Source: Nitrososphaeria archaeon
Lineage (GTDB): Archaea > Thermoproteota > Nitrososphaeria > JACIWG01
DNA length: 64,000 bases
NCBI GenBank assembly: GCA_963752255.1
Contig: CAVVXT010000007.1
Location: 32,001 to 96,000, forward strand
Direction: 5' to 3'
Shown here: piece after piece, positions 18,324 to 27,982 of the stretch
Layout: every line of letters begins with the position of its first letter
Position numbering within the stretch: the first letter of the stretch is position 1
Notes under the pieces: model-generated
Seen by the model: the letters and a program-made list of their open reading frames with translations, nothing else
Told to the model about the DNA's origin: nothing
Databases searched by the model: none
Position numbers and translations under genes: made by a program

Positions 18324-18450
18324 TTTTTATTTCGTCAACTTTATTTGAATGTTTATTCATTGCTGTTTCTGACTTGTTGGTCTGCTAATTAAATCACTAA
18401 AGGTGCCAAAAATATGGTTCAAAGTTAAAAAATTTTTACCAGTAAAAAAG

Positions 18451-18526
18451 TGCTCCGGCCGGGATTTGAACCCGGGATCTTCGGCTCGAAAGGCCGGAAT
18501 GCTTGACCGGACTACACCACCGGAGC
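18451..18526 (-). tRNA. tRNA-Glu(TTC)
   Basis: GCTCCGG/CCGGAGC acceptor; loop CT-TTC-GA; GGTTCAAATCC. Confidence 0.95.
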
Positions 18527-18636
18527 ACGTTTATCTGTGGAGTTTTTAATGTGTTTATATTGTTTTTGTTTTCGTTGACATTTCGATCGCGTTTACCTTA
18601 AAGTTATATAAATTACGTTTTATACGTCCTAGGCAA

Positions 18637-19008
18637 ATGGAAAAGATAGGGCATATCATTTGTCATGTTAAAATTTCAACAAACAATGTCGGACAATCAG
18701 GCAAGTTCTATAAAGAGGTATTTGGCTGGAAAATCGTCTGTGACCCGGCAAATTCGAACTATGCCACATTTGATCCGGGTTCGGGTGTTGGGGGAGGAAT
18801 TGTAAAGTCAAAGAACATTATTCCACCGCACACCGTTGTTTATGTTTTGACTGACGATATAGCGGAAACTTTAAAGAAGGTGGTAGAAAAAGGAGGAAAA
18901 ATTATTTTAGACAAAACGAAGTTAGGACAAAACGAAAAAAGAGGATGGTTTGCATTCTTCCCAGATCCCGATGGAAATCTGATCGGATTATTTGAACCTA
19001 AGCTGTAG
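18637..19008 (+). CDS. VOC/glyoxalase family protein
   Basis: FYKEVFGW, GGKI, F.DPDGN.IGL. Confidence 0.9.
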   Translation: MEKIGHIICHVKISTNNVGQSGKFYKEVFGWKIVCDPANSNYATFDPGSGVGGGIVKSKNIIPPHTVVYVLTDDIAETLKKVVEKGGKIILDKTKLGQNEKRGWFAFFPDPDGNLIGLFEPKL

Positions 19009-19382
19009 GTTCTGGACGGTAAAATTCTACCTTACACTTTGTTAGAAGGTTGTTTTTGAAGACGATATATAATATTTCTACTTGGGAGTAAAGTTTGATG
19101 TCGGCTGTAAACATGATTTTGGCTTTAGACCTATAAAATTGGCGCTGCCCATGTTAATGTTTCTTTTTTGGCTTATGCAGGACGGCAAGCCGCTAGTTCA
19201 CTTAATTAAAGCTATAGAAATTTAAATATTTGCTGAATAAAAGGAACTCATGAGGTAATAGAAGTCAAAACGAAAGCCTTTTAGATCGTCGAAAAGGGTC
19301 CTCAGTCTAACTGTGTGTATGGTTTGAAATAGTTACCCAAGATGAAAGTGCTTCATGTTCAAACTCTATTAAAGGTTACCTT

Positions 19383-19775
19383 TCACGTTACACATATTTT
19401 GCAGTCTGACGGCACGCCACTGACATTCCTGTGAATTTCACAGAGGAGACCCTTTCTCCTAAGTTCTTTACATAGGGCGCAGAAGTATTCCATGCTTTCA
19501 ACTGAGGGATTATTTGTGATTTCTTCCGCATAAGAGTGGGCATAGTGATCAATGACATCCAAATCAAAAAATGATCTGAACTTCTGGCTAAACCCCCTCT
19601 TTTGTCCCACATAGAGACTTACGGTTGCCTGTGAAATACTCAGCAGTTTCGCTACTTCGATCTGGGTTAAGCCTCTTTCATTTATCAGTATATTGACCAC
19701 CTTAGATCTAAAGACAGGTAATACATACTTGGAAGAAATTTCGCAAACGGGATGCATAATACCAAAATATAACAA
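19383..19775 (-). CDS. Archaeal XRE-like HTH regulator with Cys-rich C-terminus
   Basis: PVCE..LP..R, GLTQ.EVA.LL.ISQ.TVS.Y, C..C. Confidence 0.85.
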   Translation of the reverse strand: MLYFGIMHPVCEISSKYVLPVFRSKVVNILINERGLTQIEVAKLLSISQATVSLYVGQKRGFSQKFRSFFDLDVIDHYAHSYAEEITNNPSVESMEYFCALCKELRRKGLLCEIHRNVSGVPSDCKICVT

Positions 19776-19878
19776 AGGTTAAATAAAGATATAAATGTTT
19801 TCTAAAATACCCTAGTCCGATAATAAAAAATAATTTAATAATTAAAGTTTTATATTTGACTATTAAGGGTGTGGATTC

Positions 19879-20301
19879 GTGCCGGACAAGGAATTGGACA
19901 AAATTATGGAGAAGAAGTACGGGGAAATGCTCAAAAATGAGCATAGCGCAGATGCTGATGTTGCAGTAACATCAGGAAAAATACTTTATCAAATAGGAGA
20001 CAGCGACTTTGATCAGTTTTTAAAAGCCAAAAAGGACATGGCTGTAGACTTCTATGCTGACTGGTGTGGTCCGTGCAAGATAATGTCTCCAATCTTCGAT
20101 GAAGTCGCAAATGAAATTTCCCCAAAGGTTTCGTTTGCAAAGGTCAACGTCGACGATAGTCCTAACACAGCGGAAAAGTTCTCTATAATGGGCGTACCAA
20201 CTGTTTTATACTTTAAGAGCGGTAGTCTAGTTGATAAAACCGTCGGAGCAATTCCAAAAAACGCCTTCAGGAACAAGATAAAAGAAATTTACGGAATCTA
20301 A
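19879..20301 (+). CDS. trxA: Thioredoxin
   Basis: WCGPC active site. Confidence 0.93.
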   Translation: MPDKELDKIMEKKYGEMLKNEHSADADVAVTSGKILYQIGDSDFDQFLKAKKDMAVDFYADWCGPCKIMSPIFDEVANEISPKVSFAKVNVDDSPNTAEKFSIMGVPTVLYFKSGSLVDKTVGAIPKNAFRNKIKEIYGI

Positions 20302-20341
20302 AAATCATTCTGTATTAACAGAATTATCTGTTTAAAAATTG

Positions 20342-21523
20342 TCATCCTTTTGAAAGCATAAACTCTAGACCCAAAATTTGATATACATCAGACAGAACTT
20401 CCAAATTCGAACCGTCTCTCATGGTTGTATCTGTCACTTTGAAAAACAAATTCAACGCATTACCTGTATCCATGTTGGAGTACAGTTCTTCAAAAAATTT
20501 GTTCTTTAAATCTAGAACCTCCTTTGACGGAGCAGAAACACCTCTATAATTGTGGAGACGTCTCTGCATGTCTCCTAAAATTTCCTTATACCTGAGCAGA
20601 TCTTCCATCTTAAAGTCGAGTTCTTCTTCTCTGCTCTTTGAGAGAAAATACGCTCTTAAAGCTTCAGGAGGACATTCACTTAGTATCTTGTCAGCGTAAA
20701 TAATGTTTCCCTCAGACTTCGACATCTTTTTACCTTCAATCAACAGAACACACGTGTGAACCCAATAAGGTACGTAAGGCGATGTATCTTCAACAGCTAT
20801 CCCCAAGCATTCTAGACAATCATGGTGGGGGTAAACGAGTTCAACGGCTCCACCGTGCAAATCGTGCGGGCCTTTGAAAACATCGTTAGCTATAACGACG
20901 TCTTGCAGATGCCACCCGGGCCTGCCCATGCCCCAGGGAGAGTCCCAATAGGGTTTTTCATCGCTTTTGAACCACAGGAGGAAATCAAGCGGCCCCTTTT
21001 TCCCATCATAGGAGTCAAGCCTGAGATCGTAAAGCCTTTCCCTGCTAAGACCGGAAACCAGTCCATGATCAACAATTTTATCATAGTCAAGGAAGATGTT
21101 ACTATTCAGTTGGTAGGCAAGTCCTTTAGAGATAAGTTTTTTCACAACGTCTATACTCATTTGGACGTATTCTGAAGCTCTTGGATAGTATGTGGGTGTT
21201 CGGATGTTCAGTTTAGATAAGGTCTTTAACGTCTTCCTGTAGAACTTATCAGATATTTCCTTATACGAGACGCCTTCTCTTCTTGCCTTTTTAAAGACGT
21301 CTTCGTCTACGTCTGTAAAGTTCAGGGCGAAATCAACCTTGTACCCTGAACGCCGTAGTGTTCTTGCGAGTACATCAAAAAAGACGAAAGTTCTAACATG
21401 TCCTAGGTGCAGCCCGTCGTACACTGTTGGACCACAGACCTGCATCTGAAGTCGATCGGCGTGCCTCGACCTGATTTCAACAATCGAATTAGTGTTTGTG
21501 GTGTAGATGCGCATGTACGCCAA
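20342..21523 (-). CDS. Cysteinyl-tRNA synthetase-like protein, short and divergent
   Basis: CGPTVY, HLGH, TDVD, SPWG.GRPGWH, KMSKS; no C-terminal anticodon domain. Confidence 0.85.
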   Translation of the reverse strand: MAYMRIYTTNTNSIVEIRSRHADRLQMQVCGPTVYDGLHLGHVRTFVFFDVLARTLRRSGYKVDFALNFTDVDEDVFKKARREGVSYKEISDKFYRKTLKTLSKLNIRTPTYYPRASEYVQMSIDVVKKLISKGLAYQLNSNIFLDYDKIVDHGLVSGLSRERLYDLRLDSYDGKKGPLDFLLWFKSDEKPYWDSPWGMGRPGWHLQDVVIANDVFKGPHDLHGGAVELVYPHHDCLECLGIAVEDTSPYVPYWVHTCVLLIEGKKMSKSEGNIIYADKILSECPPEALRAYFLSKSREEELDFKMEDLLRYKEILGDMQRRLHNYRGVSAPSKEVLDLKNKFFEELYSNMDTGNALNLFFKVTDTTMRDGSNLEVLSDVYQILGLEFMLSKG

Positions 21524-21563
21524 AACTTAAATTTCCAATCCTATTTAAGTAGTACGCGATATA

Positions 21564-21860
21564 ATGAAAAAAGATGACAGATGCTACATATATTATATAC
21601 CTTGGGAAAGAGAGCTGCCAGAAAACGAACTGGAGAAGAAAGTCCTCACACTTGGACCAGATGAGGGAATAAGGATATCAGCTGAACTAAATGATGGAAG
21701 GATGGTAAAAATTTTTGTAAACAAAACTGGTCTTGAATATGTTATCACACTAACTTATGATAATGGAAAAGAGCACATATCCAGCTTCAAAAGTGGTATC
21801 GAAGCTTACAATGCACTATTTAAACAAATAAAGAGGATAAGAAATATCATTCTATACTAA
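21564..21860 (+). CDS. Hypothetical protein
   Basis: 98-aa ORF filling the gap, TTTAAG box upstream. Confidence 0.6.
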   Translation: MKKDDRCYIYYIPWERELPENELEKKVLTLGPDEGIRISAELNDGRMVKIFVNKTGLEYVITLTYDNGKEHISSFKSGIEAYNALFKQIKRIRNIILY

Positions 21861-21892
21861 GCTAAGTCTACGGAAAAACGTTTCGATGGAGA

Positions 21893-22921
21893 TTAGTAAA
21901 ACAGCTCTTTTAATGCGCTAAGTATCGCAGGATCTAAGGTCTTCGTCTTTGAGGCTGATTCATCAATGCTTACAGAAACAATCTGAGTTCCTTTTAGTGC
22001 GACCATCATGCCAAACTTTTCTTCTTTTATTAGGTCGACAGCTGCGAGGCCGAAACGGCTCGAGAGGACCCTATCAAACGCTGTCGGCTGTCCACCTCTA
22101 ATAGTGTGACCAAGAGATGTAGCCCTAATTTCACCTCCGATTCTCTTCTCAAGTTCTTCAGCCAAGAATTGTCCTACTCCACCGAGTTTCACGTGACCGA
22201 AATCGTCAACTTTTCCGTCTCTGGCGAATGTTTTAGGCATGTTCTTCAAAATCGCACCTTCAGATACGACTATAAGAGCTGCCTTGTCCCCCTTCAGGCG
22301 TCTTTTCTTAATAAAGGATGCGATATCTTCTATATCGAACGGCTCTTCCGGAACTAGAGTTAAGTTAGCGCCTGCCGCTATCCCAGCGTATGCTGCGACC
22401 CATCCCGAATTGCGGCCCATTATTTCAGCGATCATTACGCGATCGTGGGATTCACCTGTCTGTAGAAGATTATCCAACGCATACATCGCTTCGTTAACTG
22501 CAGAATCGAAGCCAAACGTATAATCGGTAAAAGACAAATCATTATCCATCGTCTTAGGAACGCCGACAACCTTTAACCCCATTTTATAGAATCTTGCTGC
22601 AGCACCAAGAGTGTCGTCGCCGCCGATGGCAATAAGGCCGCCTAAGCCAAGTTTCTCCACATTATCCATCACCTTTTCAGGGCCTTCAGGATACTTGAAG
22701 GGATTAGTTCTAGTAGTTTTCAGTATGGTTCCACCCCACTTATGAATATTTGATATGTTTTTGAAGGAGAGGTCAATAGAATCTGGCTCAAGAAGACCCT
22801 TCCAGCCGTATCTAATTCCCACAGCCTCCCAACCGTATTCCTCCGCACGTTTAACAGCAGCCCTTATTACAGCATTTAAGCCAGCGCAGTCCCCACCGCC
22901 AGTAAGGAGACCTATCTTCAA
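21893..22921 (-). CDS. 6-phosphofructokinase, PfkA family (PPi-type signature)
   Basis: TGGGD, GGDDT, PKTMDND, MGR. Confidence 0.92.
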   Translation of the reverse strand: MKIGLLTGGGDCAGLNAVIRAAVKRAEEYGWEAVGIRYGWKGLLEPDSIDLSFKNISNIHKWGGTILKTTRTNPFKYPEGPEKVMDNVEKLGLGGLIAIGGDDTLGAAARFYKMGLKVVGVPKTMDNDLSFTDYTFGFDSAVNEAMYALDNLLQTGESHDRVMIAEIMGRNSGWVAAYAGIAAGANLTLVPEEPFDIEDIASFIKKRRLKGDKAALIVVSEGAILKNMPKTFARDGKVDDFGHVKLGGVGQFLAEELEKRIGGEIRATSLGHTIRGGQPTAFDRVLSSRFGLAAVDLIKEEKFGMMVALKGTQIVSVSIDESASKTKTLDPAILSALKELFY

Positions 22922-22934
22922 TGCAATTCGCCTT

Positions 22935-23711
22935 TTATCCTTTAACTATTTTTAATGCTTCCTCTAAACTCTTCCCTTCTATGACTAAGGCTCTTAAAGC
23001 ACCAGCCATTTTAAGAGGCTGATTATGTTGCCAAACATTTCTCCCCACCGCTACCCCATTGCCACCGGCATCTATGACCCCTTTAACATGCTGTAAGAAG
23101 ATCTCTTCAGTGGGAGCTTTTGGGCCGCCTGACATCAAGACCTTCGATTTCCCCGCGGCCTTAACAGCCCAGCTAAACGATGCAGGATCACCTGAGTACT
23201 TTATCTTCACAGCATCAGCCCCGAGCTCATGACCTATCCTCGCTGCGTAGGCAACTATTTCTTTGGTGGTATCATCCTTCACTGCTTCCCCTCTTGGATA
23301 AATCCAAACTACAACTGCCAGGTCGTGTTTCCGAGCTTCTTCCTGAATCTTCCCGAATTCTTGAATCATTAAGCTCTCATACATGCTGCCTGGGTATATG
23401 GTGTAGCCTACTGCTTTAGCGCCCAAACTTACGGCGTATTCGACAGAACAGTTTTGTCTAGCAATTGGATCACCTTTAACGATGTTTGTTTTACCATTTA
23501 CCTTCACAATCAGGGGAACTCTACCATTGTAGTAGTGCTCAGCTAATCCCTTTTGAAAAACGATACCGTTGAAATGCCCCTTTTCAGCAATCTCCATTAT
23601 GAAGCTGGGGTCTATGTTTTTTTGGTTAAAGTCTGTGGGACCGTGCTCTAAGCCTTGATCGTATGCGAGTATTATGGCTCTATCCTTTTCTAGGAACTTA
23701 TCAAAACCCAT
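22935..23711 (-). CDS. fba: Class I fructose-bisphosphate aldolase (archaeal/DhnA type)
   Basis: DQGLEHGP, YPRG, ELGADAVK, SGG, GRNVWQ. Confidence 0.92.
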   Translation of the reverse strand: MGFDKFLEKDRAIILAYDQGLEHGPTDFNQKNIDPSFIMEIAEKGHFNGIVFQKGLAEHYYNGRVPLIVKVNGKTNIVKGDPIARQNCSVEYAVSLGAKAVGYTIYPGSMYESLMIQEFGKIQEEARKHDLAVVVWIYPRGEAVKDDTTKEIVAYAARIGHELGADAVKIKYSGDPASFSWAVKAAGKSKVLMSGGPKAPTEEIFLQHVKGVIDAGGNGVAVGRNVWQHNQPLKMAGALRALVIEGKSLEEALKIVKG

Positions 23712-23825
23712 AGTTATCTAAGCAAAGAGATAGAAAGCGATATATTAACTTTTAACATAAGCCTGTTTTAAAACTGACTTGAGACGTCAAAGATTTAAAT
23801 CATATCAAATAAAATAATGCAAAAA

Positions 23826-24965
23826 TCATTTTTTGAATAAGAGGACGCTCTCAAGGGCTGATCCAATCTTGCGTCTTTCGTGATCAGTAACCGTTCTCCT
23901 GTTAACGTACAGTATCTTTTCCACTTTGAATCCAACGCTTTTGGCCAGTTCTGATATATGTAAATGAACAGGAATGATCCTATCAGGGAAGACCCCTTCG
24001 CCAACGACCATGGCAACTTTCCCTCCGTCTTTCAGAACCCTAAACTGCTCCAGGAGAATCCTTTTAATATCCTTAAGATACGCTTTTCCAACAGCTGGAA
24101 TATCCAAGTCTGAGAAATCTGAGAAATCGCCGGTTACATCAAGCCCAATATAGGATCTGATAGCTTCAGATCTTGATTCTCCGAAGAAGAGCTCATTTTC
24201 CAGAGAATACACTTTCATGTAGTCTATTATGTTAAGATAGGGGGGAGAAGTGATAACGGCATCAAAAGCCGCATCATCAAGGAAATTGAGACTCCTAGCG
24301 TCTCCTTGGAAGACCTTAACCGATGCTCTCTCAGGACCGAACTTCTTTAGATCATTAAACATTCTCTTCACCGTCCTCTTAAACAGCGGCCTGAATGGAG
24401 GAACATTTTTAATCGGACGTATCTTTATATAAGATCCATCCTTGTAAGCGAATGAAACCTTCTCTGAAGATATCATAAGCGCCAGAGTGAAAAAGTTCCG
24501 AATCGTAGGATCTTCGATGCGCGCTATAATACCCTTGAAGAAGATAATATCCTCAAGCGCATATTTTGTAAACGAACGCTTCACCATTGAACTATAAGCA
24601 CTGACATCGGTGGGAACAAATTTGTTCGCAAAGATGTTTCTGGATATCACCTTCATTTTTTCTATGTCATAGTCCATAGTTTTGACTTGGGAGAGAAAGA
24701 TCGACAAAGGCATCACATCAACCCCTATAGAGTTTATTGCACGCTCCTTGCACGAAAGAAGGGTCGTCCCTGAACCACAAAAGGGGTCCAGAACCCATTT
24801 GCCGCCTTTGATCCTAAAGCGATCTAACATAAGAAAAACAAAATCTCGTGAGAAACCTTCTTTAAAATGGAACCAGTTATATATGGGATACCGTTTGTTT
24901 GGAACAAAGGTTATAAGCGGACCCCGATCAAAGTCTTCTTCGACTCTAAAATTACCCATCTGCAA
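23826..24965 (-). CDS. Orphan amino-DNA methyltransferase (SPPY, probably N4-cytosine)
   Basis: DPFCGSGTT and TSPPY. Confidence 0.85.
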   Translation of the reverse strand: MQMGNFRVEEDFDRGPLITFVPNKRYPIYNWFHFKEGFSRDFVFLMLDRFRIKGGKWVLDPFCGSGTTLLSCKERAINSIGVDVMPLSIFLSQVKTMDYDIEKMKVISRNIFANKFVPTDVSAYSSMVKRSFTKYALEDIIFFKGIIARIEDPTIRNFFTLALMISSEKVSFAYKDGSYIKIRPIKNVPPFRPLFKRTVKRMFNDLKKFGPERASVKVFQGDARSLNFLDDAAFDAVITSPPYLNIIDYMKVYSLENELFFGESRSEAIRSYIGLDVTGDFSDFSDLDIPAVGKAYLKDIKRILLEQFRVLKDGGKVAMVVGEGVFPDRIIPVHLHISELAKSVGFKVEKILYVNRRTVTDHERRKIGSALESVLLFKK

Positions 24966-25312
24966 TCATCATTCGTCCTACGGGAGTGAATTTAACAATT
25001 GTGCACAGGCAGCCTCCGTTTACTATCCTTCTTCGCAATCCCTATTTTATTTTATAAGTGCTTGAATTCAAAGTCTATTACTTTCTTAACATAATTTCAC
25101 TATTTATCTAACTATGACAAATGACAAACCTCCTGCCTTCCAAAACCATATTAAATAAAAAATATGGCCCTCAATCTCAGAAAATCTATACCAATTTCCG
25201 CATATAGCGCTAAATATTTCACGTTTGAATACTAATTAATGAAGTGTTAGATGAATGAATATTCGTTATAGAAAGATTTAATATCTCTCCTATTATTTTT
25301 TATGGAGACTAT

Positions 25313-26326
25313 TTGAAGGCCATAATGATTGCTAAACCACATAAGATCGAAGTCGTTGACGTCGAAAGACCGATAATAAACGATACAGAGATATTGGTTA
25401 AGGTTAGGGCTGTAGGAATATGTGCTTCAGAAGTTCACGCATTCGAAGGAACACATCCCTGGAGAGTTCCTCCGGTAATTTCAGGCCATGAATTTTCAGG
25501 CTCAATAGTTGAAGTCGGAAAGGAGGTTAAAGGATTCAGTGCAGGGGATAGCGTTACAGCCTGCCCAATAGCAACATGCGACATATGTGAATACTGTCTA
25601 GCGGGAAGGGACAACATCTGCGATAATATCAGAATCCTTGGGACGCCAAAGTGGCCCGGTCCATTTGCTGAATATGTAAGAATACCTTATTCGATCGCCT
25701 ACAGGTTACCCTCTAGCCTGACCTTTGAGGAGGGAGCTCTCATAGAGCCTCTTACAGTAGGATTACATACTGTGAACAGATCTTCGATAAAGAATGGACA
25801 ATTTGTAGCCGTCTTAGGAGCTGGGGCAATAGGCCTCTGTACGTTAATTATAGCTAAACATTTGGAAATAGCGTCAATAATATCGGATATAGTTGATTTC
25901 AAACTAGATAAAGCAAAGAGTCTTGGAGCGGATTTTATTATTAACCCCAAAAGCGAGGAACTTTACAAAATCGTTAGAGATGCAACAAAGGGCAAAGGAG
26001 TTGATGTAGCGATAGACTGCGCCGGTGTATCTAAGAGTCTCACAGATTCATTGAGCCTTGTGAAGAAGGGTGGAACAGTCGTTGTGACCGCACTGTTTAA
26101 GAAGAGCGTGGAAATGGACCCGGGAACAATTACCACAAGGGAACTTGATGTTCGGGGAGCAATTTTATATACAAAGGCGGAGTTCAAGAAGGCTGTATCA
26201 GTAAGCGAGGGAGTTAGAACCGATCTAAGGCAGCTGATAACACATAGAATGCATTTTGAAGACGCAGAAGAAGCTTTTGGACTGATGCAAAGAGGGGAAG
26301 CAATCAGGATAATGTTGAGCCCATAG
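25313..26326 (+). CDS. Zn-dependent alcohol/polyol dehydrogenase
   Basis: GIC, GHE, CxxCxxC..C, GAGAIG. Confidence 0.92.
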   Translation: MKAIMIAKPHKIEVVDVERPIINDTEILVKVRAVGICASEVHAFEGTHPWRVPPVISGHEFSGSIVEVGKEVKGFSAGDSVTACPIATCDICEYCLAGRDNICDNIRILGTPKWPGPFAEYVRIPYSIAYRLPSSLTFEEGALIEPLTVGLHTVNRSSIKNGQFVAVLGAGAIGLCTLIIAKHLEIASIISDIVDFKLDKAKSLGADFIINPKSEELYKIVRDATKGKGVDVAIDCAGVSKSLTDSLSLVKKGGTVVVTALFKKSVEMDPGTITTRELDVRGAILYTKAEFKKAVSVSEGVRTDLRQLITHRMHFEDAEEAFGLMQRGEAIRIMLSP

Positions 26327-26695
26327 CGTGAAAAGATCTTGAACATTCCTTCTAAAACAGTGCTTAATCTCCTTTATTTCGACTCCATCTTAGAAATCAT
26401 CTTATACATTATTAGCTAATGCTTCTGGTTAAACTTGATGTTGGAGTTTATCTACCATTATTCCAGAATATACATATTATCGCCTAGACTTTCTCTCATT
26501 TTAGATTTTGTAAAATATTCCAGGTGCTAAAGAAAAATGTACAAGCTAAACTGTGTTTTTAGTAACCTTTGTCCACTTGATCTTTTATTAAAACCTCAAG
26601 CTCAGCGAAAAGGCTGAATGCGTGGGTATGGAATCGATAAAATTTAAATCAGTGTTTGCTACAGTCTAGTCGGATATTATCTGAGAGGCGCAATA

Positions 26696-26944
26696 GTGTT
26701 TCTTGTAGTCTTCTTCATTCTAGTCTTCGCTACTCTCGGATACGTTGAACTACCACCTGGAAGAATGATATACAACCTACTTAACGTCCCCGAAACAGAC
26801 TATTCTGTACTCGGAATTGAAGCGACAACTCTAGCTATTTCAGTGTTCAATGGGGTAGTTTATGGACTCATAGCCTGGTTAATCTATACTCTGGTAGCAG
26901 GAAGGGAGAAGAAGGACCAGACCACCAAGAAAAAGTCGAATTAG
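26696..26944 (+). CDS. Small membrane protein
   Basis: Two TM helices, LPPG and NGVVYG. Confidence 0.6.
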   Translation: MFLVVFFILVFATLGYVELPPGRMIYNLLNVPETDYSVLGIEATTLAISVFNGVVYGLIAWLIYTLVAGREKKDQTTKKKSN

Positions 26945-27336
26945 CCTTTTTTTACTATCATTATTTCTTCCAAATAGTAGGTTCACCATCACTGATTGTC
27001 TATAAGATTATATTCAAACTCTCTTAATGAATTTGCATAATCTTTATTTTGCAAAGTAAACACTCTTCATAACTCGAACATCATACTGAATGGCTCAGGT
27101 CTTCTTTATTCGAAATTCGATTACAACTACTCGGGAACTATGGTTCACAGTTCCTCCCAAGACTCGTTTAGCACGATGTCTCTAGTGACTATTCTCCTCT
27201 GTTGTTTCTTATCCAAAAAAGGTCAGAGGAACCTATTCTCTAATCCAGACTCACTAGCCTAAGCAGAAGTAAAGAGGGTGCTTTAAGGAAGATAAGGAAA
27301 CAAATTCAACCAACAGACATTTCCACACATAATAAG

Positions 27337-27353
27337 GTGCGGGGGTGGGATTC
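27337..27353 (-). repeat. Degenerate duplicate of the tRNA-Leu 3' end
   Basis: GTGCGGGGGTGGGATTC versus GTGCGGGGGGTGGGATTC at 27850-27867 (one G fewer). Confidence 0.7.
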
Positions 27354-27451
27354 CCTGACGCATATGTGGGTTCGAATTCCGCGAAGCCAGCCAAGTCGGG
27401 CGTAGAAAAACTAATTACATGCTTCGGCAGTTTCAGATTTTATGAGCGGAA

Positions 27452-27718
27452 TCAAGCACCCCCAGATGTGCCCGCGACCGCCACCTTACTTCGTTGAAGA
27501 GCAACCCGCCTTACGAGGTACAATACTGCACCTGAGAAAATTGCTATAAATGCACCCTGGCTAAATTGTAGAGTATGCTTTCTTGGTCGTACAGATTCGA
27601 AAGGAGTCCAAACGCTATGAACAGGGCGGCCATCCACACAACAATTGCGACGTTCGGGTAGTCGGACCTGCTTCTGCGCCGTACCCCAACAGACGTAGCC
27701 TTGAAAGCATACTGGCAT
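27452..27718 (-). pseudogene. Frameshifted GC-rich membrane-protein fragment
   Basis: Hydrophobic segments split across two frames (VAIVVWMAALFIAFGLL then GAFIAIFSGAVLYLV). Confidence 0.4.
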
Positions 27719-27850
27719 CTCTTAAGGCTTCGTATAGATTATGCCAGATTTATTAATATTTATTGGCTATATTACATATTTAGACATCAATTATTAGCAT
27801 AAATTTTAAGGTTCTTCAGGACATCCCATAATAATTCACTGGTAGATTAG

Positions 27851-27935
27851 TGCGGGGGGTGGGATTCGAACCCACGAACCCCTACAGGATAGACGCCTCA
27901 GGCCTACGCCTTTGACCTGGCTTGGCAACCCCCGC
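27851..27935 (-). tRNA. tRNA-Leu(GAG)
   Basis: GCGGGGG acceptor; TAGGC-CT-GAG-GC-GTCTA; long variable arm. Confidence 0.93.
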
Positions 27936-27982
27936 TTGTGGCTTATGGTTGCGTTTGGTTGCTCTTAATTTTTTTGCGTTTG

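Larger units (their letters stand above)
6270..18473. mobile_element. Decayed composite island integrated at the 3' end of tRNA-Glu(TTC), ~12.2 kb
   Basis: Direct repeat GTGCTCCGGCCGGGATTT(A/G)AACCC at 6270-6293 and 18450-18473 (23/24 identical); accessory cargo between. Confidence 0.8.
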
